A stretch of 64,000 nt of DNA from NCBI GenBank assembly GCA_030390025.1, contig JASTWF010000361.1, positions 1-64,000 of the forward strand, written 5' to 3'. The translations under genes were made by a program, and so were the position numbers. Shown in pieces: positions 12,001-24,487 of this stretch (positions within the stretch are counted from its first letter, which is position 1; every line of letters begins with the position of its first letter). Source of the stretch: Squalus acanthias (lineage: Eukaryota). The notes under the pieces are model-generated. The model had not been told where the DNA came from. It did not search any database and saw only the letters and a list, made by a program, of their open reading frames with translations.

Positions 12001-15000
12001 GTGTTTGGGTGATGTGTGTCAGTGAGTGTGGTGCAATGTGTTGGGTGATGTGTGTCAGTGAGTGTGGTGCAATGTGTTTGGGTGATGTGTGTGTCAGTGA
12101 TTGTGGTGCAATGTGTTTGGGTGATGTGTGTCAGTGAGTGTGGTGCAATGTGTTTGGGTGAAGTGTGTCAGTGAGTGTGGTGCAATGTGTTTGGGTGAAG
12201 TGTGTCAGTGAGTGTGGTGCAATGTGTTTGGGTGATGTGTGTCAGTGAGTGTGGTGGCAATGTGTTTGGGTGATGTGTGTCAGTGAGTGTGGTGCAATGT
12301 GTTTGGGTGATGTGTGTCAGGGAGTGTGGTGCAATGTGTTTGGTTGAAGTGTGTCAGTGAGTGTGGTGCAATGTGTTTGGGTGAAGTGTTCAGTGAGTGT
12401 GGTGCAATGTGTTTGGGTGATGTGTGTCAGTGAGTGTGGTGCAATGTGTTTGGGTGATGTGTGTGTCAGTGAGTGTGGTGCAATGTGTTTGGGTGATGTG
12501 TGTCAGTGAGTGTGGTGCAATGTGTTTGGGTGATGTGTGTGTCAGTGAGTGTGGTGCAATGTGTTTGGGTGATGTGTGTGTCAGTGAGTGTGGTGCAATG
12601 TGTTTGGGTGATGTGTGTCAGTGAGTGTGGTGCAATGTGTTTGGGTGATGTGTGTGTCAGTGAGTGTGGTGCAATGTGTTTGGGTGATGTGTGTGTCAGT
12701 GAGTGTGGTGCAATGTGTTTGGGTGATGTGTGTGTCAGTGAGTGTGGTGCAATGTGTTTGGGTGATGTGTGTCAGTGAGTGTGGTGCAATGTGTTTGGTG
12801 ATGTGTGTGTCAGTGAGTGTGGTGCAATGTGTTTGGGTGATGTGTGTGTCAGTGAGTGTGGTGCAATGTGTTTGGGTGATGTGTGTCAGTGAGTGTGGTG
12901 CAATGTGTTTGGGTGATGTGTGTCAGTGAGTGTGGTGCAATGTGTTTGGGTGATGTGTGTCAGTGAGTGTGGTGCAATGTGTTTGGGTGATGTGTGTGTC
13001 AGTGAGTGTGGTGCAATGTGTTTGGGTGATGTGTGTCAGTGAGTGTGGTGCAATGTGTTTGGGTGATGTGTGTGTCAGTGAGTGTGGTGCAATGTGTTTG
13101 GGTGATGTGTGTCAGTGAGTGTGGTGCAATGTGTTTGGGTGATGTGTGTCAGTGAGTGTGGTGCAATGTGTTTGGGTGATGTGTGTGTCAGTGAGTGTGG
13201 TGCAATGTGTTTGGGTGATGTGTGTCAGTGAGTGTGGTGCAATGTGTTTGGTGATGTGTGTCAGTGAGTGTGGTGCAATGTGTTTGGGTGATGTGTTGTC
13301 AGTGAGTGTGGTGCAATGTGTTTGGGTGATGTGTGTCAGTGAGTGTGGTGCAATGTGTTTGGGTGATGTGTGTCAGTGAGTGTGGTGCAATGTGTTTGGG
13401 TGATGTGTGTGTCAGTGAGTGTGGTGCAATGTGTTTGGGTGATGTGTGTCAGTGAGTGTGGTGCAATGTGTTTGGGTGATGTGTGTCAGTGAGTGTGGTG
13501 CAATGTGTTTGGGTGATGTGTGTCAGTGAGTGTGGTGCAATGTGTTTGGGTGAAGTGTGTCAGTGAGTGTGGTGCAATGTGTTTGGGTGATGTGTGTCAG
13601 TGAGTGTGGTGCAATGTGTTTGGGTGAAGTGTGTCAGTGAGTGTGGTGCAATGTGTTTGGGTGATGTGTGTCAGTGAGTGTGGTGCAATGTGTTTGGGTG
13701 ATGTGTGTGTCAGTGAGTGTGGTGCAATGTGTTTGGGTGATGTGTGTCAGTGAGTGTGGTGCAATGTGTTTGGGTGATGTGTGTCAGTGAGTGTGGTGCA
13801 ATGTGTTTGGGTGATGTGTGTCAGTGAGTGTGGTGCAATGTGTTTGGGTGATGTGTGTCAGTGAGTGTGGTGCAATGTGTTTGGGTGATGTGTGTCAGTG
13901 AGTGTGTGCAATGTGTTTGGGTGATGTGTGTCAGTGAGTGTGGTGCAATGTGTTTGGGTGATGTGTGTCAGTGAGTGTGGTGCAATGTGTTTGGGTGATG
14001 TGTGTCAGTGAGTGTGGTGCAATGTGTTTGGGTGATGTGTGTCAGTGAGTGTGGTGCAATGTGTTTGGGTGAAGTGTGTCAGTGAGTGTGGTGCAATGTG
14101 TTTGGGTGAAGTGTGTCAGTGAGTGTGGTGCAATGTGTTTGGGTGATGTGTGTCAGTGAGTGTGGTGCAATGTGTTTGGGTGATGTGTGTCAGTGAGTGT
14201 GGTGCAATGTGTTTGGGTGATGTGTGTCAGTGAGTGTGGTGCAATGTGTTTGGGTGAAGTGTGTCAGTGAGTGTGGTGCAATGTGTTTGGGTGAAGTGTG
14301 TCAGTGAGTGTGGTGCAATGTGTTTGGGTGATGTGTGTCAGTGAGTGTGGTGCAATGTGTTTGGGTGAAGTGTGTCAGTGAGTGTGGTGCAATGTGTTTG
14401 GGTGAAGTGTGTCAGTGAGTGTGGTGCAATGTGTTTGGGTGATGTGTGTCAGTGAGTGTGGTGCAATGTGTTTGGTGATGTGTGTCAGTGAGTGTGGTGC
14501 AATGTGTTTGGGTGATGTGTGTCAGTGAGTGTGGTGCAATGTGTTTGGGTGATGTGTGTGTCAGTGAGTGTGGTGCAATGTGTTTGGGTGATGTGTGTCA
14601 GTGAGTGTGGTGCAATGTGTTTGGGTGATGTGTGTCAGTGAGTGTGGTGCAATGTGTTTGGGTGATGTGTGTGTCAGTGAGTGTGGTGCAATGTGTTTGG
14701 GTGATGTGTGTGTCAGTGAGTGTGGTGCAGTGTGTTTGGGTGATGTTTGTGTTAGTGAGTGTGGTGCAATGTGTTTGGGTGATGGTGTGTCAGTGAGTGT
14801 GGTGCAAAGTGTTTGGGTTTTGTGTATGTCAGTGAGTGCGGTGCAATGTGTTTGGGTGATGTGTGTCAGTGAGTGTGGTGCAATGTGTTTGGGTGATGTG
14901 TGTGTCAGTGAGTGTGGTGCAATGTGTTTGGGTGATGTGTGTGTCAGTGAGTGTGGTGCAATGTGTTTGGTGATGTGTGTCAGTGAGTGTGGTGCAATGT

Positions 15001-18000
15001 GTTTGGGTGATGTGTGTGTCAGTGAGTGTGGTGCAATGTGTTTGGGTGATGTGTGTGTCAGTGAGTGTGGTGCAATGTGTTTGGGTGAAGTGTGTCAGTG
15101 AGTGTGGTGCAATGTGTTTGGGTGATGTGTGTCAGTGAGTGTGGTGCAATGTGTTTGGGTGATGTGTGTCAGTGAGTGTGGTGCAATGTGTTTGGGTGAT
15201 GTGTGTCAGTGAGTGTGGTGCAATGTGTTTGGGTGATGTGTGTCAGTGAGTGTGGTGCAATGTGTTTGGGTGATGTGTGTCAGTGAGTGTGGTGCAATGT
15301 GTTTGGGTGATGTGTGTCAGTGAGTGTGGTGCAATGTGTTTGGGTGATGTGTGTGTCAGTGAGTGTGGTGCAATGTGTTTGGGTGATGTGTGTGTCAGTG
15401 AGTGTGGTGCAATGTGTTTGGGTGATGTGTGTCAGTGAGTGTGGTGCAATGTGTTTGGGTGATGTGTGTCAGTGAGTGTGGTGCAATGTGTTTGGGTGAA
15501 GTGTGTCAGTGAGTGTGGTGCAATGTGTTTGGGTGATGTGTGTCAGTGAGTGTGGTGCAATGTGTTTGGGTGAAGTGTGTCAGTGAGTGTGGTGCAATGT
15601 GTTTGGGTGATGTGTGTGTCAGTGAGTGTGGTGCAATGTGTTTGGTGATGTGTGTCAGTGAGTGTGGTTTAATGTGTTTGGGTGATGTGTGTCAGTGAGT
15701 GTGGGTCAATGTGTTTGGGTGATGTGTGTCAGTGAGTGTGGTGTAATGTGTTTGGGTGATGTGTGTCAGTGAGTGTGGTGCAATGTGTTTGGGTGATGTG
15801 TGTCAGTGAGTGTGGTGCAATGTGTTTGGGTGATGTGTGTCAGTGAGTGTGGTGCAATGTGTTTGGGTGATGTGTGTCAGTGAGTGTGGTGCAATGTGTT
15901 TGGGTGATGTGTGTCAGTGAGTGTGGTGCAATGTGTTTGGGTGATGTGTGTCAGTGAGTGTGGTGCAATGTGTTTGGGTGATGTGTGTCAGTGAGTGTGG
16001 TGCAATGTGTTTGGGTGATGTGTGTCAGTGAGTGTGGTGCAATGTGTTTGGGTGAAGTGTGTCAGTGAGTGTGGTGCAATGTGTTTGGGTGATGTGTGTC
16101 AGTGAGTGTGGTGCAATGTGTTTGGGTGATGTGTGTGTCAGTGAGTGTGGTGCAATGTGTTTGGGTGATGTGTGTCAGTGAGTGTGGTGCAATGTGTTTG
16201 GGTGATGTGTGTCAGTGAGTGTGGTGCAATGTGTTTGGGTGATGTGTGTCAGTGAGTGTGGTGCAATGTGTTTGGGTGAAGTGTGTCAGTGAGTGTGGTG
16301 CAATGTGTTTGGGTGATGTGTGTCAGTGAGTGTGGTGCAATGTGTTTGGGTGATGTGTGTCAGTGAGTGTGGTGCAATGTGTTTGGGTGATGTGTGTCAG
16401 TGAGTGTGGTGCAATGTGTTTGGGTGATGTGTGTCAGTGAGTGTGGTGCAATGTGTTTGGGTGATGTGTGTCAGTGAGTGTGGTGCAATGTGTTTGGGTG
16501 ATGTGTGTCAGTGAGTGTGGTGCAATGTGTTTGGGTGATGTGTGTCAGTGAGTGTGGTGCAATGTGTTTGGGTGATGTGTGTCAGTGAGTGTGGTGCAAT
16601 GTGTTTGGGTGAAGTGTGTCAGTGAGTGTGGTGCAATGTGTTTGGGTGATGTGTGTCAGTGAGTGTGGTGCAATGTGTTTGGGTGATGTGTGTCAGTGAG
16701 TGTGGTGCAATGTGTTTGGGTGATGTGTGTGTCAGTGAGTGTGGTGCAATGTGTTTGGGTGATGTGTGTCAGTGAGTGTGGTGCAATGTGTTTGGGTGAT
16801 GTGTGTCAGTGAGTGTGGTGCAATGTGTTTGGGTGATGTGTGTCAGTGAGTGTGGTGCAATGTGTTTGGGTGATGTGTGTCAGTGAGTGTGGTGCAATGT
16901 GTTTGGGTGATGTGTGTCAGTGAGTGTGGTGCAATGTGTTTGGGTGATGTGTGTCAGTGAGTGTGGTGCAATGTGTTTGGGTGATGTGTGTCAGTGAGTG
17001 TGGTGCAATGTGTTTGGGTGAAGTGTGTGTCAGTGAGTGTGGTGCAATGTGTTTGGGTGATGTGTGTCAGTGAGTGTGGTGCAATGTGTTTGGGTGATGT
17101 GTGTCAGTGAGTGTGGTGCAATGTGTTTGGGTGATGTGTGTCAGTGAGTGTGGTGCAATGTGTTTGGGTGAAGTGTGTCAGTGAGTGTGGTGCAATGTGT
17201 TTGGGTGATGTGTGTCAGTGAGTGTGGTGCAATGTGTTTGGGTGATGTGTGTCAGTGAGTGTGGTGCAATGTGTTTGGGTGATGTGTGTCAGTGAGTGTG
17301 GTGCAATGTGTTTGGGTGATGTGTGTCAGTGAGTGTGGTGCAATGTGTTTGGGTGATGTGTGTCAGTGAGTGTGGTGCAATGTGTTTGGGTGATGTGTTG
17401 TCAGTGAGTGTGGTGCAATGTGTTTGGGTGATGTGTGTGTCAGTGAGTGTGGTGCAATGTGTTTGGGTGATGTGTGTCAGTGAGTGTGGTGCAATGTGTT
17501 TGGGTGATGTGTGTGTCAGTGAGTGTGGTGCAATGTGTTTGGGTGATGTGTGTCAGTGAGTGTGGTGCAATGTGTTTGGGTGATGTGTGGTCAGTGAGTG
17601 TGGTGCAATGTGTTTGGGTGATGTGTGTGTCAGTGAGTGTGGTGCAATGTGTTTGGGTGATGTGTGTCAGTGAGTGTGGTGCAATGTGTTTGGGTGATGT
17701 GTGTGTCAGTGAGTGTGGTGCAATGTGTTTGGGTGATGTGTTTGTCAGTGAGTGTGGTGCAATGTGTTTGGGTGATGTGTGTCAGTGAGTGTGGTGCAAT
17801 GTGTTTGGGTGATGTGTGTCAGTGAGTGTGGTGCAATGTTTTTGGGTGATGTGTGTGTCAGTGAGTGTGGTGCAATGTGTTTGGGTGATGTGTGTCAGTG
17901 AGTGTGGTGCAATGTGTTTGGGTGATGTGTGTGTCAGTGAGTGTGGTGCAATGTGTTTGGGTGATGTGTGTCAGTGAGTGTGGTGCAATGTGTTTGGGTG

Positions 18001-21000
18001 AAGTGTGTCAGTGAGTGTGGTGCAATGTGTTTGGGTGATGTGTGTCAGTGAGTGTGGTGCAATGTGTTTAGGTGATGTGTGTCAGTGAGTGTGGTGCAAT
18101 GTGTTTGGGTGATGTGTGTCAGTGAGTGTGGTGCAATGTGTTTGGGTGAAGTGTGTCAGTGAGTGTGGTGCAATGTGTTTGGGTGATGTGTGCCAGTGAG
18201 TGTGATGCAATGTGTTTGGGTGATGTGTGTGTCAGTGAGTGTGGTGCAATGTGTTTGGGTGATGTGTGTGCCAGTGAGTGTGGTGCAATGTGTTTGGGTG
18301 ATGTGTGTCAGTGAGTGTGGTGCAATGTGTTTGGGTGATGTGTGTGTCAGTGAGTGTGGTGCAATGTGTTTGGGTGAAGTGTGTCAGTGAGTGTGGTGCA
18401 ATGTGTTTGGATGATGTGTGTCAGTGAGTGTGGTGCAATGTGTTTGGGTGATGTGTGTGTCAGTGAGTGTGTTGCAATGTGTTTGGGTGATGTGTGTCAG
18501 TGAGTGTGGTGCAATGTGTTTGGGTGATGTGTGTGTCAGTGAGTGTGGTGCAATGTGTTTGGGTGATGTGTGTGTCAGTGAGTGTGGTGCAATGTGTTTG
18601 GGTGAAGTGTGTCAGTTAGTGTGGTGCAATGTGCTTGGATGATGTGTGTCAGTGAGTGTGGTGCAATGTGTTTGGGTGATGTGTGTCAGTGAGTGTGGTG
18701 CAATGTGTTTGGGTGAAGTGTGTCAGTGATTCTGGTGCAATGTGTTTGGGTGAAGTGTGTCAGTGAGTGTGGTGCAATGTGTTTGGATGATGTGTGTCAG
18801 TGAGTGTGGTGCAATGTGTTTGGGTGATGTGTGTGTCAGTGAGTGTGGTGCAATGTGTTTGGGTGATGTGTGTGTCAGTGAGTGTGGTGCAATGTGTTTG
18901 GGTGAAGTGTGTCAGTGAGTGTGGTGCAATGTGTTTGGGTGAAGTGTGTCAGTGAGTATGGTGCAATGTGTTTGGGTGATGTGTGTCAGTGATTGTGGTG
19001 CAATGTGTTTGGGTGAAGTGTGTCAGTGAGTGTGGTGCAATGTGTTTGGGTGAAGTGTGTCAGTGAGTGTGGTACAATGTGTTTGGGTGATGTGTGTCAG
19101 TGAGTGTGGTGCAATGTGTTTGGGTGAACTGTGTCAGTGAGTGTGGTGCAATGTGTTTGGGTGAAGTGTGTCAGTGAGTGTGGTGCAATGTGTTTGGGTG
19201 ATGTGTGTCAGTGATTGTGGTGCAATGTGTTTGGGTGAAGTGTGTCAGTGAGTGTGGTGCAATGTGTTTGGGTGAAGTGTGTCAGTGAGTGTGGTGCAAT
19301 GTGTTTGGGTGAAGTGTGTCAGTGAGTGTGGTGCAATGTGTTTGGGTGATGTGTGTGTCTCTGTGAGTGTGGTGCAATGTGTTTGGGTGATGTGTGCCAG
19401 TGAGTGTGGTGCAATGTGTTTGTGCGATGTGTGTCAATGATTGTGGTGCAATGTGTTTGGGTGATGTGTGTCTCAGTGAGTGTGGTGCAATGTGTTTGGG
19501 TGATGTGTATGTCAGTAAGTGTGGTGCAATGTGTTTGGGTGATGTGTGTGTCAGTGATTGTGGTGCAATGTGTTTGGGTGATGTGTGTCAGTGTGTGTGG
19601 TGCAATGTGTTTGGGTGATGTGTGTGTCAGTGAGTGTGGTGCAATGTGTTTGGGTGATGTGTGCCAGTGAGTATGGTGCAATGTTTTTGGGTAATGTGTG
19701 TGTCAGTGAGTGTGGTGCAATGTGTTTGGGTGATGTGTGTGTCACTGAGTCTGGTGCAATGTTTGGGTGATGTGTGTGTCAGTGAGTGTGGTGCAATGTG
19801 CTTGGGCGATGTGTGTGTCAATGAGTGTGGTGCAATGTGTTTGGGTGATGTGTTTGTCAATGAGTGTGGTGCATTGTTTTTGGGTGATGTCTGTGTCAGT
19901 GAGTGTGGTGCAATGTGTTTGGGTGATGTGTGCCAGTGAGTGTGATGCAATGTTTTTGGGTGATGTGTGTGTCAGTGAGTGTGGTGCAATGTGTTTGGGT
20001 GATGTGTGCCAGTGAGTGTGATGCAATGTGTTTGGGTGATGTGTGTGTCAGTGAGTGTGGTGCAATGTGTTTGGGTGAAGTGTGTCAGTGAGTGTGGTGC
20101 AATGTGTTTGGTGAAGTGTGTCAGTGAGTGTGGTGCAATCTGTTTGGGTGATGTGTTTGTCAGTGAGTGTGGTGCAATGTGTTTGGCAGATGTGTGTGTA
20201 AGTGAGTGTGGTGCAATGTGTTTGGGTGATGTGTGTGTCAGTGAGTGTGGTGCAATGGGTTTGGGTGATATGTGTGTCAGTGAGTGTGGTGCAATGTGTT
20301 TGGGTGATGTGTGTGTCAGTGAGTGTGGTGCAATGTGTTTGGGTGTTGTGTGTCAGTGAGTGTGGTGCAATGTGTTTGGTTGATGTGTGTGTCAGTGAGT
20401 GTGGTGCAATGTGTTTGGGTGAAGTGTGTCAGTGAGTGAGGTACAATGTGTTTGGGTGATGTGTGTCAGTGAGTGTGGTGCAATGTGTTTGGGTGATGTG
20501 TGTCAGCGAGTGTGGTGCAATGTGTTTGGGAGAAGTGTGTCAGTGACTGTGGTGCAATGTGTTTGGGTGTTGTGTATCACTGAGTGTGGTGCAATGTGTT
20601 TGGGTGATGTGTGTTAGTGAGTGTGGTGCAAGTGTTTGGGTGATGTGTGTGTCAGTGAGTGTGGTGCAATGTGTTTGGGTGAAGTGTGTCAGTGACTGTG
20701 GTGCAATGTGTTTGGGTGTTGTGTATCACTGAGTGTGGTGCAATGTGTTTGGGTGATGTGTGTTAGTGAGTGTGGTGCAAGTGTTTGGGTGATGTGTGTG
20801 TCAGTGAGTCTGGTGCAATGTTTGGGTGATGTGTGTGTCAGTGAGTGTGGTGCAATGTGTTTGGGTGAAGTGTGTCAGTGAGTGTGGTGCAATGTGTTTG
20901 GGTGATGTGTGTCAGTGATTGTGGTGCAATGTGTTTGGGTGAAGTGTGTCAGTGAGTGTGGTGCAATGTGTTTGGGTGAAGTGTGTCAGTGAGTGTGGTA

Positions 21001-23818
21001 CAATGTGTTTGGGTGATCTGTGTCAGTGAGTGAGGTGCAATGTGTTTGGGTGAAGTGTGTCAGTGAGTGTGGTGCAATGTGTTTGGGTGAAGTGTGTAAG
21101 TGAGTGTGGTGCAATGTGTTTGGGTGATGTGTGTCAGTGATTGTGGTGCAATGTGTTTGCGTGAAGTGTGTCAGTGAGTGTGGTGCAATGTGTTTGGGTG
21201 AAGTGTGTCAGTGAGTGTGGTGCAATGTGTTTGGGTGAAGTGTGTCAGTGAGTGTGGTGCAATGTGTTTGGGTGATGTGTGTGTCTCTGTGAGTGTGGTG
21301 CAATGTGTTTGGGTGAGGTGTGCCAGTGAGTGTGGTGCAATGTGTTTGTGCGAATTGTGTCAATGATTGTGGTGCAATGTGTTTGGGTGATGTGTGTCTC
21401 AGTGAGTGTGGTGCAATGTGTTTGGGTGATGTGTGTGTCAGTGAGTGTGGTGCAATGTGTTTGGGTGATGTGTGTGTCAGTGAGTGTGGTGCAATGTGTT
21501 TGGGTGATGTGTGTCAGTGTGTGTGGTGCAATGTGTTTGGGTGATGTGTGTGTTAGTGAGTGTGGTGCAATGTGTTTGGGTGATGTGTGCCAGTGAGTAT
21601 GGTGCAATGTTTTTGGGTAATGTGTGTGTCAGTGAGTGTGGTGCAATGTGTTTGGGTGATGTGTGTGTCACTGAGTCTGGTGCAATGTTTGGGTGATGTG
21701 TGTGTCAGTGAGTGTGGTGCAATGTGCTTTGGCGATGTGTGTGTCAATGAGTGTGGTGCAATGTGTTTGGGCGATGTGTTTGTCAATGAGTGTGGTGCAT
21801 TGTTTTTGGGTGATGTCTGTGTCAGTGAGTGTGGTGCAATGTGTTTGGGTGAAGTGTGTCAGTGAGTGTGGTGCAATGTGTTTGGGTGAAGTGTGTCAGT
21901 GAGTGTGGTGCAATGTGTTTGGGTGATGTGTGTGTCTCTGTGAGTGTGGTGCAATGTGTTTGGGTGAGGTGTGCCAGTGAGTGTGGTGCAATGTGTTTGT
22001 GCGATGTGTGTCAATGTTTGTGGTGCAATGTGTTTGGGTGATGTGTGTCTCAGTGAGTGTGGTGCAATGTGTTTGGGTGATGTGTGTGTCAGTGAGTGTG
22101 GTGCAATGTGTTTGGGTGATGTGTGTGTCAGTGAGTGTGGTGCAATGTGTTTGGGTGATGTGTGTCAGTGTGTGTGGTGCAATGTGTTTGGGTGATGTGT
22201 GTGTTAGTGAGTGTGGTGCAATGTGTTTGGGTGATGTGTGCCAGTGAGTATGGTGCAATGTTTTTGGGTAATGTGTGTGTCAGTGAGTGTGGTGCAATGT
22301 GTTTGGGTGATGTGTGTGTCACTGAGTCTGGTGCAATGTTTGGGTGATGTGTGTGTCAGTGAGTGTGGTGCAATGTGCTTGGGCGATGTGTGTGTCAATG
22401 AGTGTGGTGCAATGTGTTTGGGCGATGTGTTTGTCAATGAGTGTGGTGCATTGTTTTTGGGTGATGTCTGTGTCAGTGAGTGTGGTGCAATGTGTTTGGG
22501 TGATGTGTGTGTCAGTGAGTGTGGTGCAATGTGTTTGGGTGAAGTGTGTCAGTGAGTGTGGTGCAATGTGTTTGGTGAAGTGTGTCAGTGAGTGTGGTGC
22601 AATCTGTTTGGGTGATGTGTTTGTCAGTGAGTGTGGTGCAATGTGTTTGGCAGATGTGTGTGTAAGTGAGTGTGGTGCAATGTGTTTGGGTGATGTGTGT
22701 GTCAGTGAGTGTGGTGCAATGGGTTTGGGTGATGTGTGTGTCAGTGAGTGTGGTGCAATGTGTTTGGTTGATGTGTGTGTCAGTGAGTGTGGTGCAATGT
22801 GTTTGGGTGAAGTGTGTCAGTGAGTGTGGTACAATGTGTTTGGGTGATGTGTGTCAGTGAGTGTGGTGCAATGTGTTTGGGTGATGTGTGTCAGCGAGTG
22901 TGGTGCAATGTGTTTGGGTGAAGTGTGTCAGTGACTGTGGTGCAATGTGTTTGGGTGATGTGTGTGTCAGTGAGTGTGGTGCAATGTGTTTGGGTGATGT
23001 GTGTCAGTGTGTGTGGTGCAATGTGTTTGGGTGATGTGTGTGTTAGTGAGTGTGGTGCAATGTGTTTGGGTGATGTGTGCCAGTGAGTATGGTGCAATGT
23101 TTTTGGGTAATGTGTGTGTCAGTGAGTGTGGTGCAATGTGTTTGGGTGATGTGTGTGTCACTGAGTCTGGTGCAATGTTTGGGTGATGTGTGTGTCAGTG
23201 AGTGTGGTGCAATGTGCTTGGGCGATGTGTGTGTCAATGAGTGTGGTGCAATGTGTTTGGGCGATGTGTTTGTCAATGAGTGTGGTGCATTGTTTTTGGG
23301 TGATGTCTGTGTCAGTGAGTGTGGTGCAATGTGTTTGGGTGATGTGTGTCAGTGAGTGTGGTGCAATGTGTTTGGGTGAAGTGTGTCAGTGAGTGTGGTG
23401 CAATGTGTTTGGTGAAGTGTGTCAGTGAGTGTGGTGCAATCTGTTTGGGTGATGTGTTTGTCAGTGAGTGTGGTGCAATGTGTTTGGCAGATGTGTGTGT
23501 AAGTGAGTGTGGTGCAATGTGTTTGGGTGATGTGTGTGTCAGTGAGTGTGGTGCAATGGGTTTGGGTGATGTGTGTGTCAGTGAGTGTGGTGCAATGTGT
23601 TTGGTTGATGTGTGTGTCAGTGAGTGTGGTGCAATGTGTTTGGGTGAAGTGTGTCAGTGAGTGTGGTACAATGTGTTTGGGTGATGTGTGTCAGTGAGTG
23701 TGGTGCAATGTGTTTGGGTGATGTGTGTCAGCGAGTGTGGTGCAATGTGTTTGGGTGAAGTGTGTCAGTGACTGTGGTGCAATGTGTTTGGGTGTTGTGT
23801 ATCACTGAGTGTGGTGCA
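1..23818. repeat. 37-bp GT-rich tandem satellite (39-bp variants with an extra GT)
   Basis: Unit AGTGAGTGTGGTGCAATGTGTTTGGGTGA(T/A)GTGTGTC repeats continuously from the window start to ...GAGTGTGGTGCA at 23818. Higher-order blocks are visible from ~19300. Confidence 0.98.
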
Positions 23819-24484
23819 CCTCCCCTTTATGAATTGCATCAAGCCAAGACAAAAGTTTTATTGGCCAGTAGACTGCACCCGATATTGCACCCGCCCCACC
23901 CACCCCACCCCCCGACACCCTCACCCCGACGACCCCCGACCCCACCACCTCCGCCGTCCCACCCCACCCCCTCCCACTCCCACACCGCACCCGCACCCCC
24001 CACCCCAACACCCCCGCCGTCCCACCCCACCCCCTCCCACCCCTGTCCACCCCACCGCCCCCCCAACACAACACCCCCACCACCCCAGTGCCCCAGCTCC
24101 CCCACCCCCGACCCACCACCACCCCACCGCCCCCCCAACACAACACCCCCACCAACCCGACCACCCCACCACCCCGGCACCCCCACCACCTCACCGCCCC
24201 CCCAACACAACACCCCCACCACCCCACCGCCCCGCCCCCCCCCCACCCCACCGCCCCGGACCCCCCACCCCACCGCCCCCCCCACCACCCCACCGCCCCC
24301 CCAACACAACACCCCAACCACCCACCCCCGACCCCCCCCCCCCCCACCCCACTGCCCCCACTGGAGCACTGAGCCAATTAGCAGCGCGTTTAGTGCTGAG
24401 CTCAGCGCTCCAATCATGTAAATGAGCAGGCAGCATGAGCTTTGCTCCCCGCACCCATTTTCGGGCCGATCCAATTTCACCCCC
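23819..24484. mobile_element. Truncated PIF/Harbinger-like non-autonomous element end containing a C-rich low-complexity tract
   Basis: Ends in CCAATTTCACCCCC followed by TTA (24485-24487), resembling the AATTTTTCCCCC terminus of the Harbinger at 38794-38805. No matching left TIR is seen. C-rich tract ~23890-24360. Confidence 0.45.
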
Positions 24485-24487
24485 TTA

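Noticed and set aside
293..23697. Dozens of Cys/Val-rich and His/Thr-rich ORFs
   Set aside because: Translations of the 37-bp satellite; no gene structure.
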